A stretch of 64,000 nt of DNA, from the NCBI GenBank assembly GCA_028534125.1, contig CM052825.1, forward strand, positions 2,666,001-2,730,000, written 5' to 3'. Below are positions 48,901 through 64,000 of this stretch, in pieces. The position numbers and the translations under genes are program-made. Every line of letters starts with the position of its first letter. The first letter of the stretch is position 1. Source of the stretch: Lama glama (lineage: Eukaryota). Under the pieces are notes generated by a model. It was not told the DNA's origin. It saw nothing but the letters and a program-made list of their open reading frames with translations, and made no database searches.

Positions 48901-51775
48901 CACAGGGTATCTTTAGGGCAAGAGCGTTTCAACAGACAGTTTGACGGAGAATCAACCATTTGGGTTGTTCAAGTCAGTGGTGGTTAGTAGGTCCGCAGAG
49001 TTGTGCAGCGGCCACGGTCCCCCTCCCAGGGAACCGCCACGCCCTCCGCTGTCGCCCCAGCCCCGGGGTCTACTGGCTGTGCCCTCACCGCTGACCCCGC
49101 CCACAGGGTGGGTGCTGCGGGCCGTGGTTCCCAGCGCCCACCCTCCTTTCAGCAGGGACCGCGGGCAGCGCGGGCGCGTGTGTGCCTGGGTTCAGACTGA
49201 ACACACAGCACCTTCAGGAGAGCAACTTTAAGGCGAAGCACCCGCACAGAAACTCCAGCTTGGGGCCTCAAACCGGAACAGAAATGACGCGGGGAGGGAC
49301 ATCATCGGCAGACTCCACAGGCACCTGGGGAGGAATTTGTTTAAAATTAAGTAGCTTCCAGGTGCTCTCTCCTCCGCCTCCTGGGCAGGAGGGCCACTGC
49401 CTCAGGGTAATTTTTGGAAGAGTGAGTCAGGAGATGCTCTTGAAATAGCTGTGATAGCTGAAAGTGAAGGTGTGGACTGTGAAGCCTTGGCTGGGAGGTC
49501 GCTGTTCCGGGAGGAGGCCACCCTGCTGGCACCGGTACTGAGGGCGGTCGATGCTGCTGCCGCCGACCTGCCAGGATCCCCAGCTGGCAGTTTTGTTTCA
49601 CTGAAACCCGAGTCTGTGTGCCCGGACTGTTGAGCACCTTGGATTTGCGCTGGAAAGCACTTTAAAGTGGATCTCTCCTGCCCAGAGGACCCCTCCTGTT
49701 AGGCCTGCAGGAGGCTTGGGGCCCCGAAGCACCCGACTTCCTTCACCTAGAATCCCTGGCCCCCCTCGTGGGCAAGTCTCCGGCCATGAAGGCTGACATC
49801 AGGCTGGGGTGCGGGGGCGCTGAGACAGGTGCTCCCCAGGGCCCCCACCCCCCAGGGCCGACAGGCTCTGACCCCCAAGCAGAGCCCTCCTCGTCTTCAC
49901 CCTAAACCCGTTCTCTAAGTTCCCCCTCTTGTCTTGTGACCTCCGTCACAGAGCAGAAGCCACATCCTGCTTCTAGTTGGCCTTGATGTTTGTAGCTGTA
50001 GCGTGATCTCCAGGTCGTAGTAAGACCTCCGGTTAGCACGGGCTTCCACGGACTCCGCGAGCCCCTGGCATCGTGCAGCAGAGCTTGTGTGTGTGCGTGG
50101 GCGCGCGCAGACGCCCCGCTGTTCATCCAGTCCCGCCATCCTCAGGTGGCGCTCACCTTGGCCTCGCTCAGCTCACCTATGTGAAGCCCTGGGCCAGACC
50201 TCAGGCTCAGAGACCCTGGCCCGTCCCGGGCGGGTGGGGATGCGTGTTGACTGTGACTTACAAAAGCTGACCGGCCTCCAGGTCTGGAGAGCCCGTCGGC
50301 CTCGGAGAGCATCTCGGGAAAGCATGTGAACGTAACTTCCTAGCCAAGGCACCGATGGAGGAGATTTCCACTGGGTTGTGGGGAAACTGAAGAAAGTGGA
50401 AAGGGCGTTTCTTCCACTGTGGCCTCCAGCAAGAAAACACAGGCTGCTTTCAAACAGCCTAGGGTGGCCCTCCGAGCAGGACTGCAGGAGTGATGCTGCC
50501 TTTGCAGACCCCCACCCTCAGCCCTAGGGTGCTGGTGTGGAGGCTGCATTTCCCAGACTCAAAACAGCATGAAACAAGGAAACAGCCTCCGCTGAAACAG
50601 TATCCAGAGCCCTTTCTTTTTATTTCAGATTGGAAATATAAACCTAGTTGCTGTGGGCCCCCGGCATCTGGGTGCCTCACCAGTGGCTGCAGGGCTCCGC
50701 CCTCATGGCCGCATCCAGCCCCTCTGCTCTGGTATCTCTGGAAGAATCCACACTGGCCAGTCAAGCCAGTTGGAGTTCCTGATTTGCTCTGTGAGATGCA
50801 GGCAGTCGGTGCTGAGTCATCTCGTGAAGGTGGGTCTCCCCAGCAGGAGGCTGCCGGGCACACCCGTCGACGAGCTGGGGGCCCCGGTCCCAGAGCCTGT
50901 TCTGACCTGTTCTTAAATCCCATTTCTTAAACGCTATTTTCCTAGGAGAAAAAGAGAGTTCAGATGAAGGGGTGTTAGCTGGGTCCCTGGGAGTCTGGAG
51001 GTAGATCGGCTTCTGAGACCCTGGACTGCTTTGGGCAGGACCGAGTACCAGGAAGCTTGGGCCTGGACCGAGTGTCTGCTAACCACGGTGGCAGCTCGTA
51101 GGTGACATGTCAGTTTGGAGATTAGAAGGCATGCAAACGTTACAGGTGGAAGTTTCTCGGAGGGAGACGAGCCCTGGGTTCCTGTGCACACAGGGAGTGG
51201 TGGGTGCGTGAGGCCACGGCCCGCAATGGCTTTGCGGTGGGCGGACACCTGCCAGTGAGGAAACGAGGCTCGTGATTCTCGAGGCGGGAACGAGCTGGGA
51301 AGCCAGCCCGCTGACTCCAGGTTCGTGACGGCCTGCGCTCTGGGACCCCTGCCAGCATGTGTCTGGGTCGGGCCACTGCCTTGTCATCGTTTGCTCTATG
51401 GCTTCTGTGTGGCAAGGGCGTCGCCTGCCTTTAAAATTGCTGCCTAAATGTGACCGCGGCGTTCCGGCTTCCCAGCCAGCGTCCGCGAGGCGCAGGAACG
51501 TGGTGCGAGAGCCGCCATCCTAGCGGCCGGGAAGAGCGCTGCGCGTTGGGAGCCTGTGTCGGAGATGACGGCACGGGGGTCCATCTGGGGACGTGGGTCT
51601 CTGCTGTTCACACACGAGGTGCCCGTGTCAGTCACGTCCTCACGGAAGCGGGAGAGGTGCCACTGGGCACGTGGGCACCGCAGAGCAGGCGTGAGGGCCC
51701 CATGATGCGGTTGCGGTCGCTCAGATGGACTGGGCCGCCCCTCTGACGGACACCAGCCTCCCCCGCCTGGCCTGA

Positions 51776-51985
<210 letters not shown>

Positions 51986-53479
51986 TGAGGGGCCCGGGCC
52001 AGCCTGTCCCCGGGCCACACGGTTTCGTCTGCGGAATCAGGGCCCCTGGGCTCTGCAAGTTTGTGTGAGAAACAGGAAAAAGGTACAGGTGCTCTGTATC
52101 TCATTCAGCCTGAAGTGCGCTTCTGGAAAACTTCACGTGGAGGGAAATTTTGAAACTATTTTCAGTGCATCAGGGACCTGACTGCTTAACTAGAGCCCCT
52201 GGGAATCCTCTTACAGAATGTGTGGGGTCTAATTAGCCACATTTCCAGCTTGAAATTTTGTAGATTAGGGTCTTTTCAAGCAAGCACAAGTATCATTTTC
52301 TAAAGACAATGAAGATATTTAAAAGTTAACATCTGCAGACCAGGATTTGATGGGTTTTGTTCTCTAAGCTGTATTTGTAGAATCAGCCTGGTGGAGTTTT
52401 AGACGTTTATCTAGGTTTTAAAGAGAGGAAGGTCCTCATAGTTTCTCATCCTTGGTGTGTCACGTGGGGGGGGCCCTCGGGGGGTTTCGGGGTGTGGCGT
52501 GTTAGTGGAGTCCGTGGGGCGGTGGCCGGGTGGGCTGTCTGCCCTCGGCCCCTGGCAGGGGTCCTGTGTGTTCCCCGCCTGTCGTGAAGCATGTCGACAG
52601 TGTGTATCTGAGGATCAAGATTTAGTAAACTTGCAGATAGTTTACTGCTTCATTAAGGACATTTTTAAAAATGAAACTGGCTTTTCCCCCCACCTTTACT
52701 GCATGTGTGTGGCCCCAAAGATGCCAGGGCACCCGCACAATTGGTGCTGGGGCTGTGGCGGGGACCCAGCCCCAGCCCCACCTCGCCACCACGACTGGGC
52801 GTTGTTATAGGTCAGCCGGGTGGGAAAGGCATGCCGGGTCTCCATGCCATTATGAAGAGGGTTCTGACCTCATGTACCCCCCCGAGGGTCTCAGGGGCCT
52901 GGGGTGCCTCTAGGAACCACACACTGAGAAGCGCTTCTCCGGCAGGGACTTTGTCCCCTGAGCCTCCCTGCTCTGCTCACCCACCAGGCTCGTGGTCCTG
53001 GTTACATTTAGAAGCAGGTGTCACTTGGTCTTGGCATCACTGTCAGTTTCCTTTCCGCCCTTTGTCTCGGACCCTGACGTGTAAGTGACAGGTTGGGAGT
53101 CGTCTGCCCCAGGGCCAGGGAGACAAAGTTCAGGGATGGCCTGAAACTCAAGTCTGGGTCCTGAGTTCTGGTTCTGGGGAGCCTCGGGGGGCAGGTCTCT
53201 GCAGCCTCCTCGAGCCTGGCTCTCCCCGGGGGTAGCGCCAGCTGTCTGATGTCCTGGTTGTCTGTGACAACGAGGAGCAGCAGTGACTGACTCAGGACCC
53301 ACGGTGCGCCAGGGCCTGCACTCAGCCACACGTGCACGCACTGTGGTGTTTAGTCACCTAGAACACGAGTGCCCCGTGTGAGGGCACCGTGGTGGTGTGC
53401 TGCCCAAGTGCTCCTACGTGTACGTGTATGCATGTGATTTCTGCACAGATTAAATACCGTGTGTTAAGTAGAAGGATGC

Positions 53480-54040
53480 GGCCGCTTTGGGAAACAGTCT
53501 GGCAGTTCCTCAGAGTGGTAAAGGGTTAGCGCACAGCCCGGCCACTCCCTGGGAGGTGAGGTCTCCAGGAAAACTCGTCCTGGGTTGGGGGGTGGCAGTG
53601 TTACTCAGAGTAGCCCGCAAAGTGGAAACAGCTCCCATGTCCAGCAGCACTGAGCGGGGACAGAAATGTGGGCTAGCCCAGGACAGGGTGTCACCCAGGC
53701 AGAGAAAGGAATGCCGTGCCCACGCCTGGTCCAGCGCGGCTGACGCCTGAAGCCACGATGCGGAGTGAGAGACACCAGTCCCCAAGGACCGCATGTCGTG
53801 TGGTTCCACGGCTGCGAGGTGTCCAGAATAGTCAGGTCTGTAGAGAAAGAAGGTGGATGAGTAGTTGTCAGGGGCTGGGGGCTCGAGGGAGTGACTGCCA
53901 ACTGTCACAGGGTCTTTCTGGGGTGATGGGGATATTCTGTAATTGGGGGACGGTTACACAGCTCTGAACACACTGAAAGCCGCCTAATCGTACACTCTAA
54001 AGAGGTGAGTTGTACCATGTGTGAATTCTGTCTCAGCGAA
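53480..54040 (+). mobile_element. Ancient L1MB-like 3' UTR fragment, GC-shifted
   Basis: gccgctttgggaaacagtctggcagttcctca...ggtctttctggggtgatggggatattct...tgtgaattctgtctca. Confidence 0.75.
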
Positions 54041-57000
54041 GCTGATGGCAAGCCTCTACGCCCCACCACCTCTACCCAGCAGCACCTTGAAGCGGGTGTT
54101 TCCCGAGCTGGGGGTGAGGGGGGTCCCATGCTGGGCGGGGCGGGTCAGCCTTAGACTCGCATGGGGTTGTTAATAAACAGTTTTTAATCCAGCCACATAG
54201 ATGCTTTTTAGGAAAGAGAAATGTTTTGGTTTGTACCTGGAGGTCCTCATAAGATAAATATATTTCTTAGTAACATTCTAAAGGGGAACCGCCGCCAGCC
54301 GGTGGAGGGCGGGGAGCAGAGCCCTGCAGCGGCAGCTGCTTTCGTGTTTTTGGAGGCGGTGGTGGGACAGAGTGAGGAGCAATTTTCACGGAGCAGAATT
54401 AAGCAGGTGTCGCCGGCGCAACCTCGGTGGCGTCCTGGGCTCAGGCAGGCGCCGGGTCTATATTTAACTTGCTCCTCTCTTGGGGCCAGGGGGTTGCTGG
54501 GAGCGCTGCCCAGGGGTGCTGGCCTCTTGATTTCACCCGACAGGACGTATTTGCAGAGAAAGTAGTACCTTTGAGCCTGGCTCTTGCACTTTTGGCCTTT
54601 CATTGGGTGTCACAGAGAAGGATTTCTATTGACATCCGTGTGTCTTAGTGCTGCAGGATTCGATTGTGCGCCTAGAAACCTCAGAGGCCCTTGAGGTTTT
54701 GCTGGCCCGGATCCTTTTCCTCCACTGCTGCCGTGGGGGTGGAGCCGGCGTGTTTACAAACAGCTCTGCTCCCCTTCCCTCCCTGAGAGATCGCCCTCCC
54801 TGCGTCCAGCTCGGGAGGGAGCTGCGAGGAGGAGCTGGTCCCCGAGGATGCAGGCGGCGGGGTGCAGGGCAGGGGCGCTGGCACTGGGCGCCCAGCTGCT
54901 GCCACCCTCGTTGGGTGTGTCTGGCCCACTGCTCCGCTGGCCAGCTCCTCCGGCGGCTCCCAGACCTCGGGGTGCAGGGCGGTCTCCTCCCCGGAGCTGG
55001 TTTTCTCCAGCCCTGAGCCCCCCTCCTTGCCAAGATGTGGGGAGTGGCTGTACCTGTAGGAACCTCTCCCTGGAAACGGCTGCCCTCCCCTCCCTCCCCG
55101 CCCCCGCCCCCCTCCCTCTTCCCTGGTCAAAGGGCTGGGTGTGTGGCGTGTGGGTGTGTACAGGGGTTTTTTCCTGCCCCGAAGTGCTCCACCCAGAAGG
55201 TGAATGAAGTCTCTTTGAAAAGAATTCTGCTATCTTACGCAGTGTTTTGTTGAGCTTTTTTTTTTTTCATCTTGCAAAGAAGTGTGTTTAGGAAAGAAGA
55301 AATTGGTTAATCATTTTCCTGGGTTTTACAAAAAAGGAGGCCAGTCTAAAAAGTGCTCCTTAGAGTCAGAGTTTTACAAAAACTGCAGAAATTCAGCCGG
55401 AGGCAAGGCCCGGCACCAAAGGGAGCAGCTGGGTTTTGCTCGGAGGGAGATTTTAGAAGCTGTTTCTCAAGGGAGGCTTTTCTTGATTTTTCCAGCACAG
55501 AGACCAAAAGCGAAAGAGATTTGTCTGGTGAGATTTGGCACCGCTTAGCAGACCGTCGTATGAGACAGAAATCGAGCCGCCGCCGTCACAGCCTGCCCCA
55601 CTTTTCACCGTGGTCTCCAGGCGGTTCTGCGGCCGGTTGTGCTTTGCTGCCGCAGGGCTGCAGTCTGCACTCGCGCCCCACCGCTCCAGCGTGGGGTGTC
55701 TTTCGAGTTTGGGGTCCTTGGCGTTAGTCAGAGCGCTTTTATGTTTCTGGCAAACTCTGGCTCCTTCCTTGAGAGTGATTTATCCTGCTTCAGGGTTTCC
55801 AGCCGCAGCGTTTCCCATGTTCCCTGTGTAACCTGGGGAGGGGTGTGCTTCCCAGGGGCTTAAACCACGCACAGCTGGGACCCCTGCGTGGCTGGTCCAG
55901 GAGCCTCACGCTTTCTGCATCACCTGAGACCATTTTCCTTTCGTACCTGTATCTGTGGCCTCACAACCACCCCCCAGCCCCACCCACACACACGCGTCCA
56001 AAAACTTGGTAGAAATAAAATTGGAGCGCCCTCCATGTTCTTTATATTTTTCCTTCTGCCTAAAACTGTGCCAGGGTGTTTTTCTGGCTTTAAAATGGTG
56101 AGAGGAGGTTGAACGGCTCGTCCGGCAGTGCTTGTCTCCACGGGGCGGCCTTTCCCGGCTCTCAGGCACATATCAGGGGGTGCGGGTGCCCCGAAGGTTC
56201 CCTGGTGATGTTTCCCGGGTGTGTGTACCTTCTGGGCAGCACCCAGCCCTGGGGTCCTGCCACACGCAGGGAGCCCCTCCTTCCCAGATTTCGGCTCTGG
56301 GATTCAGGAAGCAGAGGGAGCCTGAAGGGAGAGCCGAGGGCGTGGGGGTGTCCCCGGGTCTGCCCAGCGCCGAGAGGGCGTGCACTTGGTACCACGCCGC
56401 TGACTGGCCCTGGGACAAAATGCATTTCACAAACCAGTTAACCTTTCAAACAGCTTCCCAGGATCTCGCAGTCCTGAGTTTATCTTGAGAGCACAAGCGT
56501 TCCTGCAGCAGCTGTAAGACCCTGGCCTCCGTGAATTTTCTTCTCCTATTGCCCGCCCCCACACCCCCCCAGATTACAGAAACACTGTATGTGCGTTATA
56601 CAGAAGTCACATGTTTCAGAAGATGGAGGTCCCGCACGGTGACTCTCCTGGAGAGACATCCACGGCCTGAGGGGCAGCTCCCTCTGCGCGTGCTCGGTGG
56701 CCCCTCTGTCGCGTGTCGGTGCTGCTGACGCCTCCCCCAGGCCCCACAGAGCTCAGGGGCCCAGACTGACTCCTTTCTTTTGTTCCTCTGTGTCTCGGTC
56801 TCCTTCCTGTGTCACTGCCTCTCTCGGGCTGCATGGTGGGCTGTTCCACGTGTCCCGTGGCTGGTTGACCAGTTATCTGCTTAGGGCCACGCAGCTGAGT
56901 GCACAAGCACAGGTTGGTGCCGGTCAGTGGTCGGAAACCGCCTCTCGGAAATGTATAAGCGTTCCGTGCCGTGGTGACAGAATCCTCCAGTTCGATTGTT

Positions 57001-57849
57001 TTGTTTAAAATACACTCATTAGGGTCGTGAGCCACAGATTTTAAGAACAGGAATAAAAATAGAGGTGGTTCCTGATGTACATGCCGGGCCTGCACCGAGG
57101 GCTGGGAGCCCAGGACATCTTGAATCTCTGCAGCAACCCAGTGTCACCATGTCATGTCCCCACTTTACAGACGAGGTAACTGAGGCTCATGCAGGGTCAT
57201 TCTCTCCATGGAGTGTGTGGAAGGCTGAGCCCTGTGTTTAGCCGGTGTCCATGGGGGGAGAGGCAGGACTGATTTATTTCATTCATGTTTTTAAAGGCTT
57301 ATTTTTACCAAAGGAATACATGCACTTGACCTAAGAATAAGAATACAGAGGATCCCACAGGCGGTGGCGGTGCAGTCGCCCCGGCCACGCCCAGCCCGGG
57401 ACCTGCTCATTGCACGCCACACACTCAGTCAGGGTTCTCAGCTTCAGATCACTGACCTCCTGTGGGATTCAAGGAGCTGGCTTTCCCTCCCCACCCATCC
57501 CCCAGCGAGGTCACATCCAGCTGGGCGTGATTCCTCAGAGCACTGAGGGGCTGTCACTGGGCTCAGCCTCTCCTTTCCCTGTTCTCCCAGGAGCTATCGC
57601 GGGAGCCCCCCTGCATTTGGTTAGATCTCCTTGTGCCTGGGACCCCCTCTGCATCTTCACATGCTTGGCTGGGAGGACCTTCCCGGCCTCCTCCCGCCTG
57701 CACCCGAGTGGGGCCCCTCTGACCCTGGGATCGTCTTCCACACCGGCCTGGGAGCCCCCTCTCTACTGACTCCCAGTCCTTCCCTTTCCTGATCTGCTCC
57801 TTCCTTTTACTGGACAACACCTTCCTGGGAATGGGGACAGGAAAGGTCA

Positions 57850-58340
57850 ATTTTTTTAAAAATCTTCCACGGCTGAAAACTACCATTATTCTCCGTTCAT
57901 GCTAGATAGATGGTTTACCTGGGCAGAGAATTCTAGGGCAGAAACATTTTGCTCAGAACTGATTGCACTTTCTGGCTTCGAGTGTGGCTTCTGAGAAGCC
58001 TGCTGCTCCCTCAGTCCTGCCCCTTGTGCACGGCATGTCCCGGGGAGGGCGTCCCCAGGAGGGCTCGGGTCTCAGCAGTGCACGCAGCGCCTGCCCGCCT
58101 GCCCCGTCTCAGCCATGGCCTGGGAGGGGCTGGGCGCTCGCTGGGACCCTTTCACTCTGAAGACTCACTCCCTGCAATTCTGGGAAGTTATTGTTTCTGT
58201 AAATTTGCGCCTCCCCCCTCTTTCTCTCTCCCCCAGCTTCTTCCTCTGTCTCCTCTTGCCTGTTTCCTGGGAAATTTCCTCGGGTCGCTCCTTCCAGCCT
58301 TCATTGAACTTTTATTCCTCCTCTTTTTAAAAATGTGAAG
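57850..58340 (-). mobile_element. Degraded L1M fragment
   Basis: gatggtttacctgggcagagaattctagg...attgcactttctggcttc...ttctgagaag, cctgcaattctgggaagtta. Confidence 0.5.
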
Positions 58341-61300
58341 AGCATTTCCTGGTCCTCCTAACTGTATCCTGCTCTCTCGTGAATGCAGGCTCCTCGTCCC
58401 TGTGGGGACGTAATCGTGCTGTTTTGTTTGCCCCTCTGCCTTCTCCCCAGCCTCTGTGTCCCCCGTGCCCCACCCTGTGTCGCCCGTGTCCCCTCTGCCA
58501 CACGTGTCCCTCGTCAGCCAGACGTCCCAGATGTAGTACCTCAGTAACTGCAAGTCTGTGAGTTCACCAAAACGATGTTTGAATTAGAAATTCTCTACAC
58601 TTTAATTGAAGCATTTATTTGCTAGAATGAAAAGATTCCAGTTTTCGAAAGAAATTCCAGAGAGCTGAGTGAAAGCTGGAGTCGCCTGCCCTGGGTGGTC
58701 GCTGAAGCATGACCTCCCGGCTGAAGTGTCTGTCACTCAGCAGCCGTCGAGGAGCTAGTGATCCTTTTCAACTGAAAATTAATAATCTTGTTAAAATAGT
58801 AACCTAGAAAAAAGACTGAGGTACTGGAAAGCTTCCTGGATCCCCTCGGGGGTGGTGTGGGCCAGGGGCTCAGGGTCTGAGTGACCCCTCCTGGGAGCAT
58901 AGAAGCCCCCCCATTGGCCTTTGCAGGGGGGCCCCGCCATGTAGGGTGCAGACTTGCCCCTGACCTGCTCCCATGGCCTCCCATCCCCCCAGGTCCCCAG
59001 CAGAGGGTCCCCAGATGAGACCAGGAGTAGGACCAGGCAGGCAGGAGGTGGGGTGGGGGCGGCCTGAGCTCCCGCAGGCTCAGCAGTGCTACCCCTACAC
59101 CTGGCTGGTCCCACGTTCCCACCTTGACTTAAGAGCCATCTGCATTCCATTTATTTTGGTTCTGATTTTTTTTTATCGGAAGAGAAATACACAACTTGGA
59201 ATGGATTCGGAGCACATGGCGCCGCAGCAGATTCTCTTTAAGTGGCTAAAGCAGCTTCTAGAGCAAGTAGCGGTAAGAGAGGGTGTTTCTGGTGCAGGAC
59301 CAGCAGGGCGCACTTCCCAGGAGGCGGGCGCCAGCTTTCCCGCGGCCCCAGGCAGAGCCGGACTAGCCGGGTGTCTGGGTGGCCGCAGAGGGCAGGGTGT
59401 GTCGTGGTGGGCTGGGGGCAGGCCAGGAGAAGGCCCTCCGTGGCTCCGGGGACATGGCACTGGGCCTTTGGTCAGATCTGCTCTTCTCTGCTACCGCTCA
59501 TGGCCCCACGGTGGGGCCTGGAAGTGGTCTCCACAGGGCTGGAAACTGCCAGCTCTGTCCTGGACGGTCACAGGAATCACGTTCCATCCCCAGGTTTGTC
59601 CTGGCGAGACGGTGGCCCAGATCCAGGGCAGCTGCTGGCAGGACCAGCCAGCCATGAGCCGTCCCCACTCCTAAGCCTCTGTCGTCCTCGCCCGGGTGAA
59701 AATGTGACTTGGGAATTGTTTTTCCGTTGGGGGGATCAGTGACTACCGGCCTGGAGTGCACGCTCCCCATCTTTCCCACTTCCAGCCTTAGGGCAGGAAG
59801 AGTGGTGTGCGTCACATGACATCTGCTGGCTCCAGGCTGCTTGGCCTCTGCTGCTTCCCCGTCCCCAAGTCAGACTCCCCGACCCCAGGCGTGTGGGGGC
59901 CCCCCAAAGGGACACGTGGGGGACGCATCTCTTGGGCGTCCCAGGAGGGCCCCAGCGTTTCCTGTCTTGCACATAGTTGGGGAGTTTGCAGTGGAGTGGG
60001 ACACTCCCTCGGGATGGTGCCCGGGCCAGTCTCCCCAGGGCAGGAGCCTTGCTTCAGAGCCCAGTGTCCCCGGCCCCTGCTCCCCGGGCCTATCTCGGAA
60101 TCGAGCATTTTCAGCCCTGAGACGCCCTGCTTGCTGCTTCCCCTGCGACGTGTGACCAGCACGGCTGGGTACCAGGCGCAGCCCCCCGGGCCGAGCTCAG
60201 CCCACGGGGACAGCTGAATGGGGTCTGCTGAGGCTGGGGCGGCTGTGTGCGTGGATGCACGTTCCGGGACGGGCCTGCTGGGCCCTTTGGACATCAGCCG
60301 CCCCTGTCCCCGCGGAAGCTTCCCCAGAAGGGTCTGTTGGCACAGTCCTCCCTCCACCGGGCAAAATGGTGGGGAGGCCACCCGGCCCCTTCTCCTGTTG
60401 TGGCCGTTTCTTATTTCCACTGGAAATCGCTCTGGGGAGTGACGGCCTTTTCTCTGCTTCGCTTTGTGAGGATTAGACATAAGTTTTCTCTGATCTTTTT
60501 ACAAAATACGGACTTGGGACGGGCAGCAGACCCCCGTGCTCAAGCCCAGAGGGCGCCCTCTGTCGTCTCTGCACCGGTGAGGGCGCCCCGTCAGTCACAG
60601 GCCAGCTGCCGGCAGGGTTTCCTGGCTGAGCCCTGGCGCTCCCTGTCTCCAGGCTGGACTTCTCCTGGCCCGTCTCCTGGAGGCTGTGCGTTTCTGGGGG
60701 ATGGTTCTCGTGGTCAGAGTGTCGTGTTTCAGTCCGCTGGTGTTCAAGTCCAGAAGGGGCACGGACCCTGGAGCAGGTGAACAGCGCTCCTGTGCCCTCA
60801 GGTCCTGCAGCGCCATGTGGTTGGCAGACGCAGCACAGATAACCGTCAGGAAAAGTCCCCAGCGGCCCCCAGCCGGGCTGCGCGTCGTGCACCTCCCTGT
60901 GCCTGGCGTTGGTTCCCAGGCGGAGGCGCCTGGGACGCCCAGTGGGGGGCGTGTGAGCCTGGTACTCGTAGGGTGCCCCCCGCCGCCGTGCTTTGTCAGC
61001 TCGGGCTTTGCGTGTCTGGTCCGGAGTGAAACCCAGAAAGAGCCGTTTTCATTGTTGCTTCCCACCTCTAAGGGCTCGTTTGTGGCTGATTGCAATTCCA
61101 TACTCACAGAACTTACCTCCCTCTACTCTATTTAGGGAATCTCGTAGAGAAGAGAACAAAAATTCTCAAATAAATGATTCCTTAAAATTCCTGTGTGATT
61201 GCAAGGATTCCTGACTGAAAAGGGGTGATGACTCGGGGGGAATTCATTAATATCAGCCGTCAGGCGCTCCTTGGTCACAGCCTTTCGTTTCCATTCGTCC

Positions 61301-61920
61301 TTTCCTCCACTCAGTAACTCTGCTGAGCCCTCCTCCACGCCACCGGCTGCCCCCCGCCCGGGGGAGGAGCGTGAGGACCCTAGAGGAGGCTCTGCGTGTG
61401 TCCAGGAAGGTGGCACAAAGGGGTTTTGTTTGAGCCTGACTGTGGGGATTTGGGGGGCATCCTGTCACTCGGACAGTGTGGGTGGGAGTGCCCAAGAGTG
61501 TCGGGGAAGGACCGGTGACTTCCTGGCGGTGCTTGGGGGCCGGCCTCGAGGCCTCTCCTGAAGGCAGGGAGGGGGGCGCAGGCGGGCGCCCTGGGCTCTG
61601 GTCAGCTTCCAGGGACACTTTTATCTGGGTTTGTGACCCACTTTCAGAGCTTTTGTTGGTTTTCTCTGAATATTTTCAATGTTCAAAATGAAAATTTTGA
61701 CATGGTTAACGCCCACCCTGTTAGTGACAGGGACTGGGCCCCACCTGTCACTGGTGCCCTGGGCGGGGTGGCCCCCGCAATGCCAGCAGCAGGGCAGCAG
61801 GGACAGACTGGCTGGTTGGGCGGCACAAGCTGAGACCCAGAGATGAAGCCCCGATATTTCCCGCCCACGGATTTGGATGCAATTTCCAACCAGAGATGAG
61901 CTGGCGGGTTGCAGCGGTGA

Positions 61921-62442
<522 letters not shown>

Positions 62443-62802
62443 TGACTGGGCGCGGGTGCTGCGTCCCTGCCCTCCTTCCCCATGTCCCCCCGGCCCCCAT
62501 CCTGTCCCGTCCCGCCTCTTGAGAAGAATGGCAGGCTCTCTCCTTACAGCTTTGTCTTAACTCATTCCCTTCTGATAAGTTTTTAAATCGATTTATAGAG
62601 GAAATGAGAAATTTCAGAATTAAATCACAATGAAAACCTCAGAAACAGCTCTTCCTGGTTTGAAGCACATAGGCTAAACAGGCAGAGGTCTTGGCGATCG
62701 ATTTACGTAGACACGCTGCGAGTCTGTGTCCTCGCTGGGAGGGTCTCCTCCACAAGGAGGTGTGTGGGTGGACTGGATTGCCAGCATTTCTTCCCGCGCT
62801 AA

Positions 62803-63090
<288 letters not shown>

Positions 63091-63490
63091 TGACACCCCT
63101 GCGCTAATTTGGAAACACACTGCCCTTGCTGTTTATAGATGGTTTCTTTAAGTTCGTGAGACCCTTGCCAGCATTGGACATAACGCACACGCCACATGGA
63201 CACGTCACACCTGTTTCCTCTGAGTTACTCTTTCCCGTCAGTGGCGGGATCAGTACCAGTTCTGAGCCAGGCACCTCCTGGACCAGGGCTTGTCTTTCCA
63301 TTTCGCTTTTCCTGTCAGGGGTGGTCGTGATCCTCTGCTGAATCACCGTAGGAACACCCACTGCGCCTCCCTATGCCCTGAGTGAGGGCCCCTCGGGCAG
63401 GGACACCGGGCCTGCACCTCCTGCGGTCCCCTGGCTGCCACGCTCGGATCAGGCGAACGGGGCTCCAGCTTTGACTCGCGGTGACTGTGA

Positions 63491-63706
<216 letters not shown>

Positions 63707-64000
63707 TAGCCCCGCTTCGCCCTGCCCCGCGGCCACATCCATAGCATCTTTGCACTTAAATCCCGTCACCTTTGCCTGAGACCCTGGCTCAGGACCAGTG
63801 AGCTCTGTGACAAGGACGTGAGCGGGGGGCTGCTGGCTGCCCCTCCACGTTAGCTCTCGGACGCGGAGACAGGAGTGGCAGGGGTAGGGGGTGGGACAGA
63901 GAGGAGTGGACATGGACGGGGCCCTCGTACTTCCTCGTGACTCAGCCGCTCCGGGTCAGCCCTGGAGGCTTGGACCCCAGCCTGTGTCTCTGGGGGACAC

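Noticed and set aside
61221-61331. C/D box snoRNA-like pattern (GTGATGA at 61225, CTGA at 61323)
   Set aside because: Terminal stem is out of register for a kink-turn, no clear C'/D' boxes, and no recognisable rRNA or snRNA antisense element.

Overview
Mammalian genomic DNA, GC-rich and CpG-retaining. The short tRNA-derived SINEs resemble the camelid Vic-1 family, so the source is probably alpaca, llama or camel (inference). The window holds about 12 kb of repeat-rich upstream DNA, then the CpG-island promoter and first five coding exons of FOXK1 on the + strand: exon 1 from ATG 12514 (its 3' part, most of the FHA domain, is hidden in a 269-N gap), exon 2 51799-51984, exon 3 62259-62415, exon 4 62824-62970 and exon 5 63512-63705. 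The gene continues past the window. Intron 1 is about 38.7 kb and intron 2 about 10.3 kb. Nearly all other listed ORFs look like chance ORFs of GC-rich intronic or repeat DNA. I see no evidence of a novel protein-coding system. The best leads are regulatory or splicing-related: (i) an intronic CpG island at about 42.3-43.0 kb with a donor, a 91-nt mini-intron, a strong acceptor and a SINE-donated poly(A) signal; (ii) a KLF/forkhead/triple E-box cluster at 22.8 kb; (iii) a candidate poison exon at 28.9 kb; (iv) weak donors followed closely by in-frame stops around the forkhead exons. Comparisons to human FOXK1 and repeat family names are from memory and need database confirmation.
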